Positions 54,792-64,000 of a DNA stretch of 64,000 nt are shown here, piece after piece. The stretch spans positions 7,998,001-8,062,000 of the forward strand of contig NC_043022.1 of assembly GCF_006345805.1 (NCBI RefSeq), written 5' to 3'. Every line of letters starts with the position of its first letter. Position 1 is the first letter of the stretch. The position numbers and the translations under genes are program-made. Under the pieces are notes generated by a model that was not told where the DNA came from, did no database searches, and worked only from the letters and a program-made list of their open reading frames with translations. This DNA is from Octopus sinensis. Lineage: Eukaryota.

Positions 54792-55325
54792 ATATCTTTG
54801 CCTCTAGCTGTGACTACCTCTCTCTCTCTTTGTCTGCTTCTCTCTTTGCTTCTCTCTTTTTCTCTCCCCCCCTTTCATTTCCTATGATTTTACTAAATTT
54901 CCCTCTTTTTCCCTTTCACTTTTCCTTTCTTTCTTTCTTTCTTTTTTTACCTCTGACACCTCTTTCCCTCTCCTTCTCCCTCTCTCTCTCTTTTCCTCTC
55001 TCTTCTCCTCTGCGCCTCTCTCTTTGCTCATCTTTTTCTCTCCCTTTTCCTTCTCTCTCACAAATCCTTATTTTATTTATTTTACTCAGTTTTGCTTCAT
55101 TTTTATTAAATTCATAAAAAATAAATACACTCCAGCAACATTTCCCTCCCCTTTCCTTTACATCTATTTCTTTTCTCTTATTTTATCACATTCATTTTTA
55201 CCTATCCATGCCAGACAGGACAACATAATTCAATGCCGACACATATATACATACATAAATACATGCACACACACACATACACACACATGTATACCTGTAT
55301 ATGTATATATGAACATCTATATATG

Positions 55326-55370
<45 letters not shown>

Positions 55371-55429
55371 CAGAATAAGATAACAAATCCAAGGCTGAGA
55401 GGAGTTTTCAGGATGTTTATAAGGAAATA

Positions 55430-55477
55430 GTCTTACAGCAGTTTCTGGGATATTATGGATATTCCTTCATCAGAGAC
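55430..55477 (-). ncRNA. Degenerate minimal type I hammerhead-ribozyme-like motif (C3-G8)
   Basis: Reverse complement gtct CTGATGA aggaatatccataatatccca GAAA c tgct gt A agac: intact core, stem I gtct/agac, imperfect stem II. Confidence 0.35.
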
Positions 55478-55665
55478 AGTGTGTGAAAATATTTGAGTGT
55501 GAATAATTGTGGGAAAGGAGGAGATAGGGAATACAGAGGGAAATAAGAGAATGAAAGTAAAATTAAGACATATAAGGATACTGTAGTTGCAGTTCCATTA
55601 TTCGAGGAAAGTGGTGTATAGAAGTGGTAAAAAAGAAGAAAGTTTCCTGTACATGATATGTAAGT

Positions 55666-56100
<435 letters not shown>

Positions 56101-56389
56101 TGATAAGTATTCCATAATGAAATAATATAATTTCATATCATGCTGACATACATCTGACTATTTATAATTGTTGCCTGGAAACAGAAGGAAAAAATCAAAA
56201 AAAGAAAAGGAAATAAAAAAAGCAACTTGCTAGCATTTAAGATGCATTCTTGCATATGACAAAGCCTTACCTTTTTGTAGCAAGAAAAGTACATTTTGTA
56301 GAAAAAAATAAATTTGTTTCACCATATACTTGGTATCCCAACTATAAAATGATCACATGAAGTGCATGGCAACTTTTTGTTCCATTTCA

Positions 56390-57352
56390 CCCTTTAGCAT
56401 TTAAACTGGCTGCATGTCTATCCAAAATATTCTATTTGTTTAATGCTCAAACTGGCCAAATCTGGTCTCTTGCATGTACCCTAGAATATCATTCTAAAAA
56501 TAAATAATCATATTGAAATTTCAAAGCTGATGAGATAATGTATAATAAATTCAAAACGATGAGGAATAAATAAGCATTACATTTGACAGAGTAATCTGAA
56601 TGCTAAAAGGATAAACTAGTATTATCCAGCCTAAATATTCTACCTGTTTTATATTCAAACAGACCAGATCTAGTATGTCATGTCTACCATACAATATTGT
56701 AAAAATAAACAGTGACATCATTGAAATCTCAAAGCTACAAAACAATGCATGATTAATTAAAAACAGTGTGAATAAATAAGCATTACATTTGAGAGAGTAA
56801 TCTGAATTCTAAAGCCCAAATATTATCCCGCCCAAATATTCTGTTTTATGTTCAAACAGGCCACACCTATTTCTTTATTGCCCACAAGGGGCTAAACATA
56901 GAGGGGACAAACAAGGACAGACAAAGGGATTAAGTCAAATACATCGACCCCAGTGTGTAACTGGTACTTAATTTATCGACCCTGAAAGGATAAAAAGCAA
57001 AGTCAACCTCAGCGGAATTTGAACTCAGAACGTAAAGACAGACAAAATACCTATTTCTTTACTACCCACAAGAGGCTAAACACAGAGAGTACAAACAAGG
57101 ACAGACAAAGGGATTAAGTCAATTACATCGACCCCAGTGCGTAACTGGTACTTAATTTATCGACACCGAAAGGATGAAAGGCAAAGTCGATCTCGGCGGA
57201 ATTTGAATTCAGAACGTAAAGACAGACGAAATACCGCTAGGCATATCACCCAATCATTGAAATCTCAAAGCTAGGAGATAATGCATGATTAATTCAGAAC
57301 AATGTGAAGAAATAAGCATTACATTTAACAGAATAATCTGAATGTTAAAGGG
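56390..57352. mobile_element. Head-to-tail trimer of a piggyBac-type MITE
   Basis: Ends ccctttagcatt ... aatgttaaaggg|ttaa; ~220-bp unit (…aataagcattacattt.a.agagtaatctgaat…) repeated three times; a partial copy lies at 42540-42680. Confidence 0.7.
56866..57250 (-). mobile_element. SINE family B tandem dimer inserted in the third MITE unit
   Basis: Two ~185-bp units, cctatttcttta..cccacaag...gaatttgaa.tcagaacgtaaagacagac. Confidence 0.85.
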
Positions 57353-57657
57353 TTAAGAATATAAAAAAGCTCATCTTTCACTGGCTATACAGGAAATTAG
57401 TTCTTTTATCTTATTAAACAATATGTAATAATTCTTTCTATTATGGGCACAAGACCTGAAATATTTTTATGGGAATGGGGCTAGTCAACGGCACTGACCC
57501 TCAGTGTTTAACTAGTAGTTTTTGTATCAAACCCATAAGGATGATAGGCAACGCCCACTTCAGTGGGATTTGAACTCTGAATGTAAAGAGTCAGCAGAAA
57601 TGCTGCTAGGAATTTTGTGCTGCATGCTAACAATACTGCTACCTTGACACCACCATA

Positions 57658-57688
<31 letters not shown>

Positions 57689-57729
57689 TACAGATAATAG
57701 TGCTGTTTATCTTGATCACCATGTTGCGC

Positions 57730-58420
57730 ACACATGGTTGTGATGCATGTGCCTGTCTTCGGCACTTGACATTTTTATGGAGAACCCATTTCTTGTCACC
57801 AGTCACTATTCGGTCCAGAAAAGGTTCATTCATGAGATGTGACAGCAAAGAAGAACTCACCTTCACTTGCTATGAGCAACTAGACTCAGAAAGTTTGTGA
57901 GGAACCCATTGACTCAATTTGCTGACCTTTTTAATGGCACACGGGTGTTGATGAATGGTTGAATGACCAAATCCAAGTTTCTCTGCTAGTTCCTCAACAA
58001 TTTTGATGGGATTTTGTTCTACCAGGATTTGCAGGACATCCGCATTGAGATCTGCAAATCTTCCAGGATGAGGCTTGTTTTGGAGGTTGTAGTTTCTGGT
58101 TCGGAATTTCTGGAACCACCATTGACACTGGCTTACGCTTATTGTCTGATCCTCATATACTGAATTTAATATTCCTCACACTTTCTGTTACATTATTGCC
58201 TTTATTGAACTCATAAAGCAAAATATGCCAAATATGCCCCTTTGTCACTTCTATTATAGCCTTGAAAAATAACTGTTCAAAACTTGCACTAAGAATAAGT
58301 ACAAGGTAAAATTACTACCTGCTTTTATAGCAAGTTGATGCAGGTAGTTTATCCCATCTCCCTCTGACTTTTAGTTCATGCAATTGAAAAAAATCGCATT
58401 ATTTATAGGATGACCTTGTA
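57730..58420 (-). mobile_element. Truncated mariner transposon: left TIR plus transposase pseudogene
   Basis: Reverse complement of 58260-57752 reads HILLYEFNKGNNVTESVRNI/NSVYEDQTISVSQCQWWFQKFR...WVPHKL...PFLDRIVTGDKKWVLH (WVPHxL motif and first catalytic D), with one frameshift and one stop; TIR-like tacaaggtcatcctataaataatgcg at 58420. Confidence 0.9.
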
Positions 58421-58459
58421 CATACAAATATATTACATATATATACATACATATATATA

Positions 58460-58700
58460 CAGGGTTGGCCAAAAGTCACCCAAGAGTAAATCAAAAAATT
58501 CCATGAATACTTAATATTCAATTTTATTTATTCATTCCAATTATGAATATTTAATAATTGAACACTGTGCATTAAAATTAGTTTTTTTTTCAACATTTGT
58601 CTATTTATTAACATAAAGTCTCATATAAAATAATTTTTTGTTTTAATCTCGGAATTAGATGATTTTTGATTTACTGTCAGGTGACTTTTGCCCAACCCTA
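58460..58700. mobile_element. Tc1/mariner-type MITE
   Basis: TIRs cagggttggccaaaagtcacc / ggtgacttttgcccaaccct, in a TA context. Confidence 0.8.
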
Positions 58701-58867
58701 TATACATAAATATATATATACACACACACACACATGTTTGTATTTATGTATATAGCTACACACACACACACACACACACACATATGCGTGTGTGTGTGTG
58801 TGTGTGTGTATAATTCTTTTTAATATTTGATAAGATGGACACATCAAAACCAGTTATACTCTCTTTT

Positions 58868-59285
58868 TCTCTTTTTACTCTTTTTTTACTTGTTTCAGTC
58901 ATTTGACTGCGGCCATGCTGGAGCACCGCCTTTAGTCGAGCAACTCGACCCCGGGACTTATTCTTTGTAAGCCCAGTACTTATTCTATCAGTCTCTTTTG
59001 CCGAACCGCTAAGTGACGGGGACGTAAACACACCAGCATCGGTTGTCAAGCAATGCTAGGGGAACAAACACAGACACACAAACATATTCACACACACTTA
59101 TATATATATACATATATACGACAGGCTTCTTTCAGTTTCCGTCTACCAAATCCACTCACAAGGCATTGGTCGGCCCGGGGCTATAGCAGAAGACACTTGC
59201 CCAAGATGCCACGCAGTGGGACTGAACCCGGAACCATGTGGTTGGTTAGCAAGCTACTTACCAAACAGCCACTCCTGCGCCTATA
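58868..59285 (-). mobile_element. SINE family A, young full-length copy
   Basis: CpG-rich and intact: tail (tactctt)n through head cagccactcctgcgcctat. Confidence 0.9.
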
Positions 59286-59371
59286 TTTTAAATTACTGAA
59301 ACAAAACTATTAAACATGCACTAAAATATAATTTTGTGTCTCTTCCAACTTTATTTACTTTTTTAACTATA

Positions 59372-59438
<67 letters not shown>

Positions 59439-59864
59439 GTACATCTATATATATACATATATATAGCATCATGCACACACACACTTGTTCACTTTCTCTT
59501 GTTGAGATCACTATGAATTATTTCCCCCTTCATTCAACCTCTCTTAATTATTATCACCCTTTCATTCAACCTCTTTTTTTCCAATCATTCACCACGTTGG
59601 ACCACTGAACTCAACACGTTTTTATTTTTCATTCTCTCTCTAGTCATTTCTTCTTATTCCTTACTGTCAAAGAGCATAGGCTTGAAACATAAAGACTTTT
59701 CCATTTTCCCTGACTGTCAAACTAATACACTTGCTTGTTATTTCTACACCTGTCTTTGTTTTTGTTTTTCTATTAAATTTGAACCATATATAAATATTTC
59801 TATATATATAAGAAAATAAAAATGGAAAATACGCACACTTACATGGTTATTGTATAATTTTTAA

Positions 59865-59901
59865 TGTATCGACCAGTTTCGCAATCGCTATTCATGATAC
59901 A
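59865..59901 (-). ncRNA. Minimal type I hammerhead-like motif with an A3-U8 pair
   Basis: Reverse complement tgtatc ATGAATA gc gatt gc GAAA c tg gt C gataca. Confidence 0.45.
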
Positions 59902-59989
59902 ATGTTTAATTTATATGAAAATATATTTTTCTTAAGAAGAAAATGGGTACATATTTTTTCTAATGAAATTCACGAGTGAATTATATATA

Positions 59990-60187
59990 GGGAAAGTTTA
60001 CGAAATAAACAAAAGACAAAGACAGGTGGTGTACAAAACAAACAGATGTATTAGTATAGCATTCAGGAATAGAAAAAATCTTTTACGTTTCGAGCTTACG
60101 CTCTTCTACAGAAAGGGACACAGAAAAAACAAGGAGAGAAACAAGGAGAGAAAAAAAATGTGTGTAGTGGCTAACGATCTATCATGT
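59990..60187 (-). mobile_element. Penelope-like fragment P1
   Basis: Homolog of 39118-39302; carries a hammerhead-like motif at 60080-60115. Confidence 0.55.
60080..60115 (-). ncRNA. Hammerhead-like motif with U at core position 6
   Basis: Reverse complement cttt CTGTAGA a gagc gtaa gctc GAAA cgt A aaag. Confidence 0.35.
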
Positions 60188-60194
60188 ATATATA

Positions 60195-60560
60195 CTCTCT
60201 TTACTCTTTACTCTTTTACTTGTTTCAGTCATTTGACTGCGGCCATGCTAGAGCACCACCTTTAGTACTTATTCTATCGGTCTCTTTTTGCCGAACCGCT
60301 AAGTAACGGGGACATAAACACACCAGCATCGGTTGTCAAGCAATGCTAGGGGGACAAACACAGACACACACATATACATATATATACATATATACGACAG
60401 GCTTCTTTCAGTTTCCGTCTACCAAATCCACTCACAAGGCATTGGTCGGCCCGGGGCTATAGCAGAAGACACTTGCCCAAGATGCCACGCAGTGGAACTG
60501 AACCCGCAACTGTGTGGTTGGTTAGCAAGCTACTTACCACACAGCCACTCCTGCGCCTGA
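60195..60560 (-). mobile_element. SINE family A, young copy with an internal deletion of about 45 bp
   Basis: Near-identical to 58868-59285. Confidence 0.9.
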
Positions 60561-62084
60561 TATATATACATATATCAGTCCAATTCATGCCAGCAGAGAC
60601 ACGGACATTAAATGATAATGATGAAGAGCCTGAGGATAATGATTGCTCTGACTCAATGAAAGCCTTGTGAGAAGATGCAGTCGATGGAAACCAAAAGAGT
60701 ATATGTGTAGGAAATAAGAAACACCTGACTTCAGAAACAGATAAGGGTTAGCAGCAGAAGAGGCACCTGGCCATTAAACAACACCTCAGTGTCATATTCA
60801 TGTAAACCAGCAAATAAGGGAACCTTCAAGGAGATACTTGACCTTATAGAAATAGCAGTGAAATACTTCCTTGAAATCCAGCATGAACTTTTTAAAAAAA
60901 AATTAATTGAGGAACACTTTGGATTATGTAGTCTTAGATATACGAGTGAGGGGATGTTCTCAGCTGAGGCTAATGTAAGGTTAAGTAACAACAAATTACG
61001 TGTCATGAAAACACTCGTAAATTACAGTGTCCTCCCTCCACCTGCAGCTATTGTGATGTTCTTGTAAATTAACCCCTAACACTCTTGCATAGACACAGAC
61101 AGACAGACAAAGAGACAGAAACACCCCCTCCACACACACACACGCGCATGCACAGGCAGAGAGGCAGACACCTCCTCCACACACAGATTGAGAGACAGAC
61201 ACACACACATACAGATTGAGAAATACACACTGATACACACACACATATACACACAGATATAGATACACACTGATATACACATGCATATACATTCAGACAA
61301 CACACACACACAAACCAATAAATACACAAACTGTCAGACACATACACACCCACATATATAGATCCACACACACGCACACACACACACACAGAAACACACA
61401 CATGCACGTACATGCTCACCCCACACAGGACCTATTTTGAAGCACGATAGACTGAACTATTTGAGGTTTTTAGATGATTATGAACGCAATTTTTAGCTGT
61501 CAATTTCGATATTAAATCATTGATACACAATCCAGCTATCATCCTGGGTCACCTTTGGCCTTTCTTAGAGTATAAACTCCCTGTAAGGGAAGGAGAGGGC
61601 CACAAAAGTTCACAAGCAGAGCCATAATATTCGAAAATTCATTCAAGTCAACAAAAATAATTGAATTAAACTAGTTTTTAGTTTTTGGGCCAGTCAAAGA
61701 GAATCTCGTGTTTTTTTTTGAATTAGTCTCAAATTATTGCAGCTAATGATGCACATCAAAATATTTGTGGCTTGTGGCTTCCTTCCTTTCTTTTTTGTCT
61801 CTTTCCTTCTTTCTTTTCCTGCTTTTATCTTTCTTCTTTCCTTTTTTGCTTTTTCTTTCTTTCTTCCTTTCTTTCTTTGTCTCTTTCTTTCTTTTTTTCC
61901 TTTCTGTGTCTCTTTCTTTCTTCCTTTCTTTCTCTTTTTCTTTCTTTCTTTCTCTCTCTCTTTCTTTCTCTTTTCTTTCTTTCTCTTTTCTTTCTTTCTC
62001 TTTCTTTCTCTTTTCTTTCTCTTTTCTTTCTTTCTTTTCTTCCTTTCTGTGTTTTCTTTCTTTCTTTCTTTTGTTCACTTTTAT

Positions 62085-62930
62085 ACTTTTACACTTTTAC
62101 TTGTTTCAGTCATTTTGACTGTGGCCATGCTGGAGCACCACCTTTTAGTCTAAGAAATCGAACCCTGGACTTATTCTTTGTAAGCCTGGTACTTATTCTA
62201 TCAGTCTCCTTTGCCAAACTGCTAAGTTACGGGGACATAAACACACCAGCATCGGTTGTCAAGTGATGGTGGAGGGGCAAACACAAGCACACACACACAC
62301 ACATATACATATATCATCATCATCGTTTAACATCCGCTTTCCATGCTAGCATGGGTTGGACAATTTTGACTGAGGGCTGGTGAACCAGATGCCTGCACCA
62401 GGCTCAAATCTTGATCTGGCAGAGTTTCTACAACTGCATGCCCTTCCTAACGCCAACCACTCCGAGAGTGTAGTGGATGCTTTTTACGTGCCACCAGCAT
62501 GGGGGCAAGTCAGGCAGTACTGGCAATGACCTTGCTCAAATCTTTTTACACATGCCACCGGCACAGGTACCAGTAAGGCGATGCTGGTAACAATCACGCT
62601 TGAATGGTGCCCTTTTATGTGCCATATATATATATATGTATATATCTGACAGGCTTCTTTCAGTTTCTGTCTACCAAATCCACTTATATATATACACATA
62701 TGTGTGTGTGTGTGCATATATTTGTGTTTCTGTGTTTGTCCCCACAATATCACTTGACAACTGATGCTGGTGTGTTTACATCCCCATAACTTAGCAGTTC
62801 AGCAAAAGAGACTGGTAGGATAAGTACTAGGCTTACAAAGAATAAGTCCTGGGGTTGATTTGCTCAACTAAATGCAGTGCTCCAGCATTGCCACAGTCAA
62901 ATGATTGAAACAAGTAAAAGTGTAAAAGAA
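62085..62930. mobile_element. Nested SINEs: family A (-) interrupted by family D (-, 62310-62615), followed by a family A 3' half (+, 62700-62930)
   Basis: Family A tail at 62085-62300 resumes as gacaggcttctttcagtttctgtctaccaaatcc at about 62648; family D shows catcatcatcgtttaacatccgctttccatgctagcatgggttgg. Confidence 0.75.
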
Positions 62931-63436
62931 TATATATATATATCAGAACCAAGTTAAAAATAATGGTCATTTCATATAATTCCTTTATTGGAACAAATTT
63001 GGCTTACAGCTGTTTCCAGTAATCATTATAGGTGCATTTCTTATTGGTGATCAGTTGAGTAAACCTATCAGCTCTAAGCCAGATTTCCTCTAATAAAGGA
63101 ATTATATGTAATGACATTGGCGTAGCTTTAAAAACCTATTGTCTGCACACAGTTTGTAAACTAATATTTGGGTTATTTCTGGTTAATCTTGCTTTTAAAT
63201 GATGTTTGTCAAATACATGTGTGTGTGTGTGTGTGTTTGTCTGTGTGTGCTTTGTATGCATGCCTGTGAGTGTATGTGAGAGAGAAAGGGAAACACATGT
63301 ATATATATATACACATATGTGTATATATTTATATATATATATATCACGTGATCACATGACCGACCAGACTAGTCACAATGTGTTCGCATTGTTTTAACCT
63401 TCGAATGATGCCATTCCACTGGCTAAGCGAGCAGGT

Positions 63437-63511
<75 letters not shown>

Positions 63512-63675
63512 AAATTATAATTTAGGGTATCTAAGAGACACCACCATTATGGTAATAAGAATTATTACCTTTGAAGGTTTTTATTCCCATGCTGGCTACC
63601 TGATAAGATCGATATTTAAATAACAATCTTATCCTTATTTATATAAATTGATATATATTTATATATATATGTGTG

Positions 63676-63711
<36 letters not shown>

Positions 63712-63780
63712 TAATAGTTATCGCCATACTAATATGGCATTCTTATAAAAATAAGAAAAAATAAGAAAAAAATAAGAAAA

Positions 63781-64000
63781 AAGCTGTCCGCTTATTAGCT
63801 CCATGAGGCCATCGCCTTAAGTTAGCTATTTGATACACAAACTGTATCCATATAACCTTCGAACAAGGGAGGTCAGTCGCTCCACACTACTTGACCGGCA
63901 GCTACAGACGCGTTTCGGGGTATTGCCCCTTTTCAATGCAGCGTAGCCAGCCAGTAGGTGTCGCTTCCGACAATCTCTGTTCGATGGTTTTATTTACCTA
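63781..64000 (-). mobile_element. Young CpG-rich Penelope-like terminal sequence, running off the window edge
   Basis: Contains ccgaaacgcgtc on the minus strand and a hammerhead-like fold; CpG content is far above the surroundings. Confidence 0.55.
63901..63942 (-). ncRNA. Minimal type I hammerhead ribozyme motif with a U3-A8 pair
   Basis: Reverse complement gctgca TTGAAAA gggg caata cccc GAAA cgcgt C tgtagc: 6-bp stem I, 4-bp stem II, palindromic stem III, GUC cleavage triplet. Confidence 0.6.

Noticed and set aside
58868-59285. A/B-box sequences as tRNA genes
   Set aside because: They are heads of multi-copy SINEs; no complete cloverleaf is apparent
60789-61067. 92-aa ORF in non-repetitive sequence (and an antisense 91-aa ORF)
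   Set aside because: No recognisable domain; the length is within chance expectation
63000-63085. Additional hammerhead candidate ending gaaacagctgtaagcc on the minus strand
   Set aside because: No intact CUGANGA adjacent to stem I and no clean stem II; noted only as a relative of the 55430 motif

Overview
This is very AT-rich, repeat-saturated eukaryotic DNA, most likely intronic or intergenic. The SINE families and microsatellite load match what I recall of octopod cephalopod (Octopus-like) genomes; this is an inference, not a database result. I found no host protein-coding exon I can support, and nearly all listed ORFs come from (TA)n, (CA)n and trinucleotide tracts. Content: many copies of three SINE families; decayed R4/Dong and CR1/L2 LINE ends; mariner/Tc1 remnants and MITEs; Helentron-like and Penelope-like fragments; an 11.6 kb satellite of a 43-bp monomer with higher-order duplications; a 3.45 kb palindrome; and a 220-bp near-perfect hairpin. 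The most interesting signal is a set of minimal type I hammerhead-ribozyme-like motifs in Penelope-like fragments. They show three different 3-8 core pairs (C-G, U-A, A-U), and a multi-copy family has U at the normally conserved core position A6. Coordinates of degraded repeats are approximate (about +/-10-20 bp).
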